The notes under the pieces: generated by a model
Told to the model about the DNA's origin: nothing
The model's input: only the letters and a program-made list of their open reading frames with translations
Database searches by the model: none
Program-made: the position numbers and the translations under genes
Shown: in pieces, positions 1-12,430 of the stretch
Position numbering within the stretch: position 1 is the stretch's first letter
Layout: each line of letters starts with the position of its first letter
Source: Podarcis filfolensis
Lineage: Eukaryota
NCBI GenBank assembly: GCA_964270895.1
Contig: OZ185440.1
Length of the DNA stretch: 64,000 bases
Reading direction: 5' to 3' (one strand)

Positions 1-2775
1 CTGAAAGATTAATTAATTAATAAGTGACCAGTTGAATCTCAGAAATTCCATGGAAAAAGACATATCTGCAGGTAGAAACTCACAGAACAGTTCATGAAAC
101 AGAGGATGGAGAAGAAGCCTACACTAGGACTCAGCTGTGATGCTGAGGAGTCTCCTGGGATGGAAGAAGCTTGTTTTCTCAATCAATGCTGATGTGTGTT
201 TGCAAATACTGGTTGAAAGGAGCCTAACAGCATAATCTGCAAATCCAAATATTAGCACCAGCTCAGAGCATTCAAGGCCAGCAAAACATTTGCATGTGAC
301 CAAGCAGAATGCATTCCAATTTGGAAATCTCAGTTCTTTAAAGGCAAGGTGGAGATTTGTCTCGCTAATGCTCCTACAATGTAGACTGCAGGCATAAGCT
401 CTGCATTATCTTAAGAGATTAGTAAAATACCATATTGTGCCATGTATATGTTGCAGCATAGCACCCCTGGTGATAGTGTCTGATCCATTCAAGTCTCTGA
501 CACAACACAGAGGCCCCCACTTGCCTATAGTACTGATTCTTCTCAGTATTTTACTCACAATCACAACTGTCATTGTAACTAAGCTATGATGGGTCAGCAT
601 CTCCTTCCAGTTCCTCTCCGCAGGCTCTCATTAAAGGGCGTTAAAAACTCTTTGTGGGAACTTTTCATGATTAAATTACCTGTCTTTTTTCATTATGAAT
701 TCTTCAGAGAGACAGAATTTCATGACAAACTGTTAGGTGCCGGAAAAATAGCTGTATAAGTGCCTGCACACCGAGCTTCATATCATGAAGGCAGCAAGGT
801 TTATTCCTCTTAATTCCCAGAGAACCATGGCTACATTTCCCATGTCTTCAGACATACAGAAAGGGAATATCCAATCTGGCATTTTGAAGAACTGCATCCA
901 GTACCTTCTGTGCCCCTCCCTCCAGGAGACCCCTGCCCCACTAACTGTCTTAGCCCAACCAGAAGGGTAGGCCTGAAAACTGATAATGAAAAATGGGAAC
1001 TATATTTCAAAATGAGCAAGGGCTGAAAGGCCAGCAACATTGGTTCCACCCTGGCCTATGTTACTGGCTTATCATGGTTTATTGTGCACCAGCAACATGC
1101 TCATGGACATGACCACATTGCTCTAACTTTGCTGCTCATTTGGTGTACGCAGGAGAAACCAAGCAGGAATTTGCAGTTCAGTTTGGCTTTTCATGAAATG
1201 TGAACCTGGGGTCATGGCTTGTTGCTCCCTAATATACAGGGATTCTTAAGCCACCTCTTCCTCCCAAGAAGGAAGGGTAATGCAGCTGCTGTGAAGCTAG
1301 CTTAGCAGCTCTGTCCCACCTGGCAAGCTGCTTCTGTCAAGCTGCTGTTTATCTGGGCAGGTGACACCCCTACTTAATTCAGACCTTTTCGAGGGTGTTA
1401 TCTCCTGCCTCACCCACCCACCAGAGTTCTTTGCAGGCTACACAATTCAGGCATCAGTGTGTAGATGGTGCAAACAAATGAGCCAAGCTATAAACACACC
1501 CTCTTCCAAAAGTTGCAGTCCAGTACGATATACAATAAAATCCCCAACCTCATTAGTCAGATCCTTTGGGTACATGCCCCCAGAAATGTTATGCTGCTGA
1601 AACACCTGCATGTTTTTAGCTGTAATGATTTCTGATATAGCTGAAGAAAGTGAAGGGATCCCATAACTGGGGACAGGAGGCGGGGGGGAGAGAGAAAGAA
1701 ACCTTACGACTACAGAATGCCATGATAACAAAATGAGAAAAGAGAGTCACAAGGCATATTTCATAAATTTACTCCACTATTGTGAAGCTGCAAGGATCGC
1801 TGGATCCTGGGCTCTTCGGCATCTACGTGGTGGCAATCACTTAATTTAACATTTCTCTTTGCTACTAACTTTGGCATCTGCTAAGGCTTCTATATAAATA
1901 GCTTCACTATCACAAAATACAGCAGAAACACCCAGCCTCTCCAAAGGCTGCTGTTCAGCTTCCACACCTCATCCTGTGTTCTGATACATTAAGGAGCAAT
2001 ACTGGTGTGATTTAGTGCCCTGTCTTCTGGGTGGGAAGCTTCCCCTTTGAAATTAAAGTGAAATAGTAATCCTATTAAAAATCTTCCCCTTAAATCACAG
2101 ATATGTCCATGAGGAAATTAATGATGACTCTTTACACGCATATTCAATTCAAATCAGCGTATCCAATTAACCGTGTTACCTGCAGGCCCCCTCATCTCAG
2201 CATCTCTGTCACACTTCCTCTATTTAGCCCTAAATTATTGTGGAATAGAGTAATTCGTAGTGGACATCATCTCCATTTGTTGTTGTGAGGGCATCAGTAA
2301 ATGGGTTCATTTTCTAAAGGCTCTGTGAGAATCTGCTGTACGTGAGAGAGTATGACACGAGGCACAGCTCCTTCCAAAGCAAAAGGAAAGCCATAAACAC
2401 AAAGCCAAGAAGCCATTTCACCTCATTAGAAATTAAACAAACTAGTCAGGTTACCTCTTTCCCAGTGTTCCAAATGGGATAGAAAATAAACCAGCCTCAT
2501 AATAAAGGCTTGTATCAACTAAATTGTGATGGGCTGCTACGTATGCATGGTAGTAATAAACACCATCATCCATTTTAGGCTGCAAATGGGCAGTGAAAGC
2601 TAAGAAGCTTAGTTGATGGCAAAACATTTCCTACCATGTGGATGCAACAAAGCTTTACTTGCTGGATTTCTACGACACGTGTATTACAGGTACAACAGCC
2701 CTGCTTTGGGGGGTGGGGTGTAGAGACATACTAGAAGCTGTACTCGTTGGTACAATAAAAGCCATCACAATGACT

Positions 2776-2894
2776 AGCCTGTAGGCATTAAGATGTTGCT
2801 GGACTAACAGCTTCTATCATCCCCGACCACTGGGCACCCTAGCAGAGGCTGATGTGAGTTGAAGTCAAACAATATCTGGAGGGTCTCAGGTTCC
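2776..2894. mobile_element. Degenerate palindromic non-autonomous DNA transposon (hAT-like MITE, 'GGACTACAACTCCCATCA' family)
   Basis: gatgttgctggactaacagcttctatca ... tgtgagttgaagtcaaacaatatctggagg forms the self-complementary core also seen at about 7575, 31255, 46048 and 53822. Family recognised from memory. Confidence 0.65.
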
Positions 2895-3849
2895 AAAGGA
2901 AATGCAACTGCCATGCTTACATCACCATCTCACCCTTTCTCTCCTACCTGCTAATGTCTTCCATAAGAACACAATTCGGGAGAAACTTTGACACACTGCA
3001 CCAGACCCAGTTTCCAGTGCCAGCTCCCTCTCATCTAGGAGCTGTGAAAAAGCAAGCCCCTATTCATACTCAGAGTGCCTTCCATTTACTACCAAGTAAC
3101 TGCACCATAAATCTAGCCTTGGGAAATTGTTTCCAAGTCAGGGCGTGCAGTTGTCTTGCTTCTCCTTCCTGTTTTAGAATTAAGCTTCACCTAACTGGTG
3201 GGAAATACAATGTTTTGAGCAGCAAAAGCTCTGTTTTATTAAAACACAAGCAGATGTGGATGTAATATTAGCAGAAGACAAGAAACAAACAGATGTATGA
3301 AACCTGGCAGACCTCCATGTATAAAATATAAGGCACTGGTGTGGTGACCCTAGCACTGAAATAGCTTTTTGAAGGCACAACAACCAGGAACATTAACATG
3401 TGATTTGGGGCTGCAACTAAGGACAGACAATTGAGCTGGGACAGCAAATCCAGCTTGACATCCCAGGCTTTTTCTCACACTCCTGGGCATAAGATAAACA
3501 AAGCAGCAACACAGCATGAGGCCAGGCAAGCCTGTCTGCTTTGATTTTCAGGCCTAACCATTCTTTGACATATGCCTTCCTTCTTACTCCCATTTTTTCC
3601 TGTTTATTGTTTAAGGCACATGCTCTTTGCAAATATACATATCCAATGATTCCACCACTTCCCACCCCCCTTCCCAGCTGTAGTAAGTAATTAGAGAGTT
3701 AAATATTGCCTCTGTTATTATGGGTTGGGGCTAAGACCCCACCCCTTTAACTTATTCTTGTGGTCACTTTCATTTACTTTTCATTTTCCTATGTAGTTGT
3801 CTGTGTTACTCTGTTCATCAATAAACAGCCTCTTGTCCTGGGTCTACAA

Positions 3850-4192
3850 CAAGGCTGGCCTACCCATGAGGCAAGGTGAACTACCCAACTGCCTCAGGTG
3901 GCAGGATGCACAGGGGCAGCAGATCCAGCCTCCAAGGAATGCATCCCCCATTGCTATGGCAGTGGCCATGGTGGCAGTAACAGCTGCGGCACACTCCTTG
4001 GAGGTTGGATTAGCAGTCCTCCCTCTGCCTCCTCTACAGCAACCTTTTGGTGAATAGAAAGTGCTCCTGGTCTCCTCCCCTCCTTGTTCCAGATGTAGAT
4101 CTTCACTCACCCTTCCTCCTTGGCAGGGGCGGGGGAACACCGCCACCATGCTGTGGTTCATGTCAGGTGCCAAAGTGTCTTGGCAGGCTCTG
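3850..4192. mobile_element. hAT-type MITE with degenerate CAGGGCCGGCC-like TIRs
   Basis: Ends caaggctggcc ... ggcaggctctg. Flanked by a near-perfect 8-bp TSD: gtctacaa (3842-3849) and gcctacaa (4193-4200). An 8-bp TSD is typical of hAT. Confidence 0.7.
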
Positions 4193-4267
4193 GCCTACAA
4201 AGTGAGGAAGCTTGCCTTAACTCTTTAGTATAGTATATAGTCTGTAATGATCATCAAACTGCAGTTT

Positions 4268-4293
4268 GCATGGCTGCCAATTGGCAGCCATGC
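4268..4293. repeat. Perfect 26-bp palindrome
   Basis: gcatggctgccaattggcagccatgc equals its own reverse complement. Confidence 0.95.
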
Positions 4294-5836
4294 CTCCTGC
4301 AATACGACAACAGAGCAGCACATAGGTGTCCCAGCAGGAAGGCAAGTGAATGGCAAAGCAGTATGATGGCAGGTGGACCAGGCGAGTTGCAGAGGAACAG
4401 CTAGGACAGGCCAAGGTGGGCCCCCAGCAACTGTCCTGCCCTGCTGCTTCTGCTGCCCATCTCACACTGATGCCGCTGCTTTAGCTTCATCATCTGACCC
4501 CCCTCCCCGTGGGGGAGGGCATGTAAGCCCCACCCTGCATTATTGATCACATGACATGGTGCATGCACACCATTTGAATAGCAATGCCCTCAACTTTGGT
4601 GGGCCCATCCCCCACAAATAGTTTATTGGAGGGGTGAAGAGATGGCTCCTGTGTTCATGTCTGTGTGAAAAAAACACATGCATGTTCTGTGAATCACTAG
4701 AGGAGCTTCAAGCCATAGAGAATGTGAAAGGAGGAGAGCTGGGACTTAGATCTGAGAAGCTGGAGAGTGAACTAATGAGGCAGAATTGGGAGTGCAGCAC
4801 CACATTCAATGCTGAGAAGAAAAAGAAAAAGAGCCACAGGGTTTATTTTCATAAGGCTTTATGACCCAAATTATTTATAGATTCAAGTCTTTTGTAAGTT
4901 CAACACTCGTGTCAAAATGTTTGGCTGTGTATTTCTTTTTCTCTCTCTGGCACACATGCACTCACACCCAGGCTTCCCAAGCCCTATTGATGGAAATGTT
5001 AACTAAATGTTCAAAGTCTCGACTCAGCAGCCTGAAGCTCCCTAGAGGAAGGCTCATAGTCTGACCCTAAATGCCAAGATAATTGTAAGGGAGGGCAGAA
5101 AACTTTAAACTATCTCTCCATGCAGCTGCCTTGCCTGCTAATGCTGTACTGTACTGGAAATGGTTGGGGACAGCTTTCTTATGCTGTATGCGCAGTGCTT
5201 GTTGTTATTGTTAAAAATAAATAAACAAGGTGCTAGTATTTATGTCTTGATAAATTGTAAAATGCCTCTCCCACCTCTCCCCTCCTCCCGTGTCGCTCCC
5301 CACTTTTCTATTGAACTTGTGGTGAGCTTTTAAGAGTTGATAATAAAAATAAAACATGCACAAAGCCAAATGTTTTATTTTTAATAGATTTTACTAGTTT
5401 GATTTATCAAGAACTAAAAATTAAGATTGATGCCAAAGGCACCAGTCACAAAATGACTACTATAGGATGTGTGGCAATGGACAAAATCATAAAGAGGAGA
5501 GTCACTGATGTTTGCCCTTGCCTCATCTCCCATGTGTACCATAGGAGGTCACTGCTGTATCCTGCTGGTCCTGGTTGTGGCAATCACACAATATTGATTT
5601 GCTCTGCACATACAATGATGCTGTTGCTGCCTAATAACAGGGAGCATTCCCTGGTGCCAGGGTAAATAGACAAGTTGGCTAGCCACACTCTCACTTGCAC
5701 ACACACACACACACTGCATACATGTGCTCATTGTACACATAGACTACAGATGCACATGCAACTCCTCCCCCCACATCGCACACAGATATCTCCTTTGTCC
5801 AACTTCACCTCCCCACCACAGACCTCACATACATGC

Positions 5837-6184
5837 TGTTGTGTATTGAGTCAAAGGATTTTATATCTGTATTATTATTGTCTGTATTTGCATTAGGGTA
5901 AAGTAACTGCCTTTTGGTTCCAGAGGGTACAGCTACTATTGGTTCATTTAAGCTGCTGTATTTGGATCCTCTGTCTTATTGGTTTCCTCCAAAAGGCAGG
6001 ACTGTGATTGCCTGATATTGTTCCCTCCAAAATGTATCCTTTCTAGCTAGTTCCCTGTCCCTATAAATGTAGCTCTCCCCTCCTCAGTTCTCAGTCTTGT
6101 TTGCTTTAATAAAGAAGTGTTACTACAGAACTGTCTCCAGCATATTATGTCAAGAGCTGAAATCACAAACCCCACGTCACAACA
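5837..6184 (+). mobile_element. Solo LTR (348 bp), Gypsy or ERV class unresolved
   Basis: Termini TGTTGTG...CACAACA form a 7-bp inverted repeat. Perfect 5-bp TSD CATGC (5832-5836 and 6185-6189). TATAAA at 6062-6067 and AATAAA at 6108-6113, in LTR order. Confidence 0.9.
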
Positions 6185-7574
6185 CATGCCTCTTGTTCTC
6201 TTACATGCACATAGACAATATCTTGAGCTCTCTCCCCACTTCCATCACACACACACACACCACAAATATATCTCTTCTGCGCTCACACAAAGCACAGCTC
6301 TCTCAATCACACACAGAGAAGCCAATCATAGGGCAAAGGAGGTACCCACCAGTCCTTAGCATGTGGGGATAACCCTGCCACCCCTCCCGCCCACTGTCCC
6401 CACCCTTCATCTAGTCCCAGCATGAAATGAAGAAGTCACCCACCACTGACGGCCTGAGTGTGCAGGGATAAGCCTGCCACTCTTGCTTTCCATCTCCAAG
6501 ATACACACACAGTGTGTGTGTGTGTGTGCGTGTGTGTGCGCGCCCTAGCATTGGGCAAAATAGGTACCCACCTCTGGCTAGCAGGCAGCAGTGGCATCCT
6601 GAACAAAAGTGCCAGTATCCTATTCTGGAGTGTTCTGCCAGAAAAAAATCAGTGCACACACAAACACACACTTTTAAATAAAGTATTATGATGATCATTT
6701 GCTATCTTGTCCTGAGAAAATCTTGATTCAGCTCTTTGCTCAAACATAGGCATGCTTTGTTACAAGAGTAGGTAAACCAGGACCAATTTGCAAGACAAAA
6801 GTGGCATGGTGAGAATACATGAGCCTAGTGTAACCTGGGCTAAACTGTGGCTATATGTGATGCTCCATGCTAGAGCTGTCATGGCTTCCTGCAGTGATTG
6901 CTACTCTGTGTATGTGTATGTTCGTTTTATTGGTGCTTTGTGAATTTGCATGAGATGTAGGTTTTTTTCATGTTACTGTACTTTGAGTCTTATCTGCTGA
7001 TACATATTTAAATAAATAAACACACACACCTCCATGTTGCCTCCTCCAGAAACATTCAGAGGCACTGCAGACGTTCTTGGTACAATGGCTGCAAACCCAT
7101 GTGCTGAGGCCCTGTATCAGATTTTATACTGCAAGTCCCTTAGGACAGAAACCTGTATAAATAATAATATTTATACTGGGGGGGGGGTTAGAACAGTCTC
7201 TTCACAGAAGCTGTGAATGTGTGAAATTTAAATTGGCTCTGAGGTTCAATTTACTGTGTGATGTTCTTCTTACTTCCCATATAAGTGCCGGTGAAATTAG
7301 TGTGAGTTTTGTTTGGCAAATTACAAATTAAAGTGATAATCCGGATTTCACTGTCGCCTATATTGCAGGTCAGTCTCCTTGAGATTTCAGAGTATCGGCA
7401 TGGTATACAAAATCCAGTATAACCAATTTGCTTCTAACTAGATAAAAAGCACTGGCAGAGAGGTTGGACTGTTAGAAAAATTCTAAACAGGGCTGGTAAA
7501 ACTATACTTTTTGGAGTCTTCCTAATAATACTTTTGTGATTTGGGGCTGTTCTTAAAAAAAGTATTTTGGGTAT

Positions 7575-7682
7575 TTGGGACTATAAATCCCACCATCCTT
7601 GACTATTGGCCATTGGCCATTTTCACTGGGGCCAATCAAAATTGTAGTTCAAACATCTGGAGGGAACCAGGTTGTGGAAACT
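7575..7682. mobile_element. Fragment of the palindromic hAT-like MITE family
   Basis: gggactataaatcccaccatcc ... ttgtagttcaaacatctggagggaaccaggttgtggaaac; similar to the copies at 2776 and 53822. Confidence 0.6.
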
Positions 7683-7750
7683 TATATGTTACTGGCAGAA
7701 CCATGATTACATGTGTGCACTTTCAGACACAAGAAACCTGCTGGCATAAA

Positions 7751-7751
<1 letters not shown>

Positions 7752-7790
<39 letters not shown>
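7752..7790. repeat. (TG)n microsatellite
   Basis: Uninterrupted TG dinucleotide run. Confidence 0.98.
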
Positions 7791-7794
<4 letters not shown>

Positions 7795-9578
7795 AACACA
7801 ATGACTGAATACTTGAAATTCTAAGTATCCCAATCTTTGTGTGGCACACAAACGGTACATGTGGCAGTCCGATAATTCTCTCATTTTTCTCCTTTTGTAA
7901 AACAGGGACACAACATTCCTTTTGTTCTGTCTTAGGAAAATAGATCAGCGCATCGTGTTCCATAAAAACTGAAAGGGCATGGATTGCTTTAAGCCTCTTC
8001 CCATTGCTCTGGCCAAATCCCTTCAAGGGCACTTTGGTGTGGGCAAAGATTGAGACAAAGTGACCCCTCCTGAGTCCAGACATGGGCACACAGACAGGCA
8101 GATGCCACATACAGCTTTTATTCTACCAAGAGCCCATGGTTCCCTTTTGGCACCAGAGAGCCTGAACAGTTGCAGCTCTGGGAAGGGACTAAAACTTGGA
8201 GATGGATCCAGCATATGCAGTGCTCCTTACTTTGGGTATGAAAACATTTTCATTAAACAGAAGCTGGAAACTGAAACTGAGTCAGTCCAAAAAATGTCTT
8301 TTCATTCCACCCAATAAACACATGCATGCAAGTGCCTGTACACACAACTGTACATTTTGCTTCATATGCAGCTAGGCTGTTACTCTGCAGTTCATTAGAG
8401 AAAATTATTATGTACCGTTTGTTACAGGAAATTGTCAGGGCACACAATACTTTGCATAACAAACAGCTTGCTGCCCCAAAGGGATGGGGTTTGCATGTTT
8501 GCTGTGGTGGAGCTGCTTATGAATTGCTGAAGCTCAGTGGGCAGATTTCTTAATCCAGGACTGCTGCAAAATCAACAGAACTGCATATGCAAGTGGATTA
8601 CCATAGGGTCTACTGATCACCAGCTCTAGACTCCTCAGTGAGTAAGGAGGTTTTAGATTAGTTTTTCGCTTTTTCTCTCTCTCCTTACTGTAAAGATGCT
8701 GAGATTGCTGGCAATTTTTCAGAGTTAATAATCTAGTTACAAAATGAGATGAATACATATCCAACACAGTGGGAAAGCTTCCAATATTCTTAATTTGGCA
8801 TGTCAGTGAAATAACCCACAAGTATAGGAACAAAACAAAGTTGGCACTTTTAAAATAGTCTTTTATGGTCTTTTGTGTGTGTGTTACATAGACTTTTTTT
8901 ATTGTGAATCCCTTTGAAAGTATCCTAGCTGAAAAGCGGTGGATTAAACAATCTATGGCCTTTGAAACTATTTTTTTGTTTTTGTTTGTTACTATGAGAT
9001 GTATTTTTGTGTTTTTATATTGTAAACTGCCCTGTGATCGCAGTGCACAGACCCCAGTATGGAATGTAGTCACAGCTGTGTGAGGGATCAGATGTGCATA
9101 TGATGCACATCAGTGTCCCTACAAAAGTGCTGTCTAAAGGGACTCAAAGAGACAAGCAAAACAGAATGCTTATTCCTACCAACCTCTGCATCCCAAGTAG
9201 GGTCCTTTCATAATGAAAAATGCTCTCTTCAAAAAAAGAAAAAGAAAAATACTAATGTGCCTAATGATTACCAGCTTGTGGTACCACAGCGCTGGGTTTT
9301 TCACTGGCGGCACCAGTGTTGTGGAATGCTCTCCCTGCTGAAACAGGTGAGGCCCCATTGTTACTGGCGTTCCACTGGTGCTTGAAGACACACCTGTGTG
9401 GTCAAGCGCTTGCCTACACTTCTGCTTGTCCTGCTGCTTTCCTCTGGGGAAACCTGCTGTTTGCTTCTGAATCAGAACAAATGTCAATTGGGTTTTCTGT
9501 GGATTGAAATTTGTTCTGATCATTGGTGGGGTAAATGAAAAACCATTCAGACCCATGCCTAGATAGCATGGGATAAGT

Positions 9579-9737
9579 CAGGGGTAGTCAACCTTTTTAT
9601 ACCTACCGCCCACTAATGCATCTTCCTTGATGGTAAAATTTCCTTACCGCCCACCAGTGCTCGATGGAAGGAGGATTCAGCTTGTGAATCCTGAAATGCC
9701 CACTAGTGGGCAGTAGGGACCAGGTTGACAACCCCTG
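9579..9737. mobile_element. Intact short hAT MITE (159 bp)
   Basis: TIRs caggggtagtcaacct / aggttgacaacccctg match 15/16. Perfect 8-bp TSD GGATAAGT (9571-9578 and 9738-9745). Confidence 0.92.
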
Positions 9738-9789
9738 GGATAAGTGGGCGTGTGGATGAGCCCAACCCTTCTCCTGATCTCAACTTAAA

Positions 9790-9972
9790 CTTCCTGTTTC
9801 CATTGCTGTTTTAATGGGATTGTGGCATTGTACATTCTAATTGTGGATGTTTAGTGGTTTGATGAAATTGTTTTTCTGTGTATTTTAATTACAGGTGTTT
9901 TATGTCATTGTCTTTACACTTGTAAACTGCTTAGGCGCCATCTTGGCAATTAAGTGGCATATAAATTATTAT
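9790..9972 (+). mobile_element. Degenerate LINE (L2-like) 3' tail
   Basis: T-rich tract followed by tgtaaactgcttagg...aagtggcatataaat, the typical L2-type 3' end (recalled pattern). Confidence 0.45.
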
Positions 9973-10000
9973 CACTGATTGTATTATAATAGTAATAATA

Positions 10001-10153
10001 TGGCACAGTGATTAAAGTGCTAAATTTCAACTCTGCTATGAAGCTTAGTGCCTCTGCCTAACCTGCACCATGCTATCATTACAGGGATAAAATAGGATAA
10101 CTTATACCACTCTGAGCTCTGTGGAGGAGAGGGCACAACTGTAATAAATAAAT
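10001..10153 (+). mobile_element. Old CORE/MIR-like tRNA SINE
   Basis: Decayed tRNA-like head, then ccactctgagctc..ggaggagagg...taataaataaat tail. Resembles the better-preserved copy at 50487-50680. Confidence 0.5.
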
Positions 10154-10633
10154 ATATCAATGCAAAACAGTTGATCCTAGAGCAAGAAATTAATCTAGAT
10201 CTGTCTCATGCACTGTAGTGGAAATGGAAAATTTATGCATGGGAGGTCATCAGGCTGCTGTGCATGGCTGCAAGAGCAGTGCAGGCTCAGTAAGGAAGTT
10301 AGAGGTAAAGTCCACATCAGAGAGATTTTGAGCACAAAAGGAAGCAATGAATGTATCCTCTCACAGCTGCAAATATACAACCAGCTATGGAACTAACTTT
10401 GCCTTTCAGTCAATATTTCTAGAGCAAAATGTAATATTCAAGCTATTCACTTCAAGCTCTACATAATTGAAGCAACGAAAAAGGGAAGAATTTGTCTCGT
10501 TAAATATTTTACGAATGCTTTACTGACTGGTGCCATTCCCGTGGTTTCTGCCTTGTGGCAGAAATAAGAACTTCAGAAACAAAGAGGATTCCTCGCCACC
10601 ATTAAATGCCTAGCCCAATGCAATCTATAAGGA

Positions 10634-10897
10634 AAGGGGTAAGGAACCGTTTTCAGCCTGAGCGCCGCATTTTTCTCTAGGCAGCTTTCCAGGGTCGCGT
10701 ACCAGTGGTGAGCGAAGCCAGAGGCACAAATGGACTGAGCCTACCTTTCATACAGTACACTTGTTTCTACACACACTCAGACACCCCTCCCCTTCCTCCA
10801 TCCAGGCAAACAAGGCTTAGATCTGACATGCTGGCCCACCCTCTGGGTCTTATACTTTGCCTTGTGCTATCCCTGCAAGGGCTCACCCTCACCCTCA
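10634..10897. mobile_element. Degenerate hAT-type MITE
   Basis: aaggggtaaggaaccgttttcagcctgag... start and ...gggctcaccctcaccct end resemble CAGGGGTGGGGAACC TIRs. No clean TSD. Confidence 0.4.
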
Positions 10898-10967
10898 ATT
10901 CATGATACTTTTATTGTTAACTTAAATGAACTGCTTTTATATATGCTGTGTTTTTATATATGCTGTA

Positions 10968-11008
<41 letters not shown>
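10968..11008. repeat. (ATT)n microsatellite
   Basis: Direct reading. Confidence 0.98.
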
Positions 11009-11013
11009 GAGTT

Positions 11014-11729
11014 TGTGGGTGCTAGACACCTTAAAGCCCTGGGTCCAGTAGGTGCTAGAATTTAATTAAGGTGTTGAGTGTCAAAAGCTAACTAAATTAG
11101 GCTAGTCTCCTGTGTGAGGTGACAGCTAGACCCTGTGTATTAGGCTGTGTACTAGACACTTGTAAATCCTCTGGAATCAGCATCTGTTAAAAGCTAATTA
11201 AACCAGACTAGCCTCCTGTGTGAGGTGATAGCCAGGGGAATGCACCATTAAGAGCAACAGAAGTTCAAAGGAACTATGTGAGATGGCAAAGAGGTGGGTT
11301 CCCTTTCACTCTACAGATAAAGCCAAGGGTTAGAGAAGTAGGGGGAAGAATGCAATGCTAGCCAGAAGCTGAAGAAAGCTGCAGGCGGGAAAGGCAGAGT
11401 CACAGCTGGTTTCTGTTTGAATCCATAGCTATGGGAGAAACAATACCTTCTTTGGGTGCCAATGTTGTGAACCACTTCGTAGTAGACTGAGGTTGTATAT
11501 ATATGTAAATAAACCATATATCATAAAGACACCACAGTTTCTGCTGTGACTCATTTCCAAAAGGAAACACAGTCCCTGGGTAAGCACCAGGAAACCCTGG
11601 GATCTTACACTGCCCTGGAGATTGGGGCGACATGTGACACTGGGGTCGTAAGTCGGATCTATATTTCCAGAAGGAGGGCCTGTGAGTGAGGTGTGCCTGA
11701 GTCAAAATGGAGGAGGGTGGGAAACAACA
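11014..11729 (+). mobile_element. LTR-like block A (probable Gypsy solo LTR; left boundary uncertain, 11014 or 11072)
   Basis: Ends in ...caaca, with TGTTG at 11072. AATAAA at 11508 in context tatatatgtaaataaaccatatatcataaagacaccacag, recalled from lizard LTRs. Internal 47-bp repeat at 11083-11129 and 11189-11235 (40/47). No TSD found. Confidence 0.6.
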
Positions 11730-11730
11730 C

Positions 11731-12391
11731 TGTTCTGAAGCTCTGGCCTACCTGGCAGCAAGGCAGGATGCCAAGTCCAAAGTTTAAAGTCCAGGTGTCA
11801 ATCCACACAAGCAAAGTCCAAAATCCAAAGGAAATGAGTCTAGGGTCAATTCAAGTAACCCAAGTCTGAAGTCCAGCAGTCAGAATACAGTCCCATGGAG
11901 GTCCAGGAGAATCCAAGCTAAGGTGCATCAACAAGGGCTGTTGAGCAGACCCAGAACTTCAGCTCTGCTTCCTGTGTGTACTTTGCATGCTGATTGCAGC
12001 ATCTGGGCTTGATGAGGCATGTGAGCCTCACCTGCTACAAGCCTACTCCAGCTGTGGAATCACACCCCTTCTCCCAGAGCTGAATTGGATGAGATAAAAA
12101 CCCTCCAATGATTTTGTTCATTGAGTGTCCCAATATGGTCTTGTGGGGTGAGGAGCCTTCCCTATATTGGGTGTAGCCCTTAAGCAGGCTCCAGCAGCCA
12201 GGGCCACCCAAGGTCCCATGGGTTTGGGGGACAAGAGCCACTGGGAGGGTTACCTGCCATTTTTGGAGCCCATGAAATGGTCAAAAGGTGTTAGGAGTAA
12301 GCAGAGAGTGGTATTCCTAGCCACCAATTTGGGTGGGCTGGACTAGCTAGTCCTGAAAAAGGTGCCTCTAGATAAGACTTGCAGCAGGAGT

Positions 12392-12395
<4 letters not shown>
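11731..12395 (-). mobile_element. LTR-like block B (probable Gypsy solo LTR, reverse orientation)
   Basis: Termini tgttctg... / ...gagtgaca (TG..CA). Repeated GGACTT/AAGTCC motifs typical of Gypsy LTR ends. Possible 5-bp TSD aacac/cacac (4/5). Confidence 0.5.

Positions 12396-12428
<33 letters not shown>
12393..12428. repeat. (AC)n microsatellite
   Basis: Direct reading; continuous with the TGACA end of block B. Confidence 0.98.

Positions 12429-12430
<2 letters not shown>

Noticed and set aside
3679-3851. Possible small LTR (tgtag...aataaa...ctaca)
   Set aside because: No TSD, and the right end is better explained as the TSD of the adjacent hAT MITE.
5503-6654. Possible 1.15-kb DNA transposon with CACTGAT ends enclosing the solo LTR
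   Set aside because: Only 7 bp of inverted match and no TSD.
7682-8110. 142-aa ORF with an HTHTHT run
   Set aside because: The repeat is the translated (TG)n microsatellite.
8534-9073. Longest ORF (179 aa, minus strand)
   Set aside because: It runs through AT-rich low-complexity sequence and a LINE tail. No recognisable domain or splice context.
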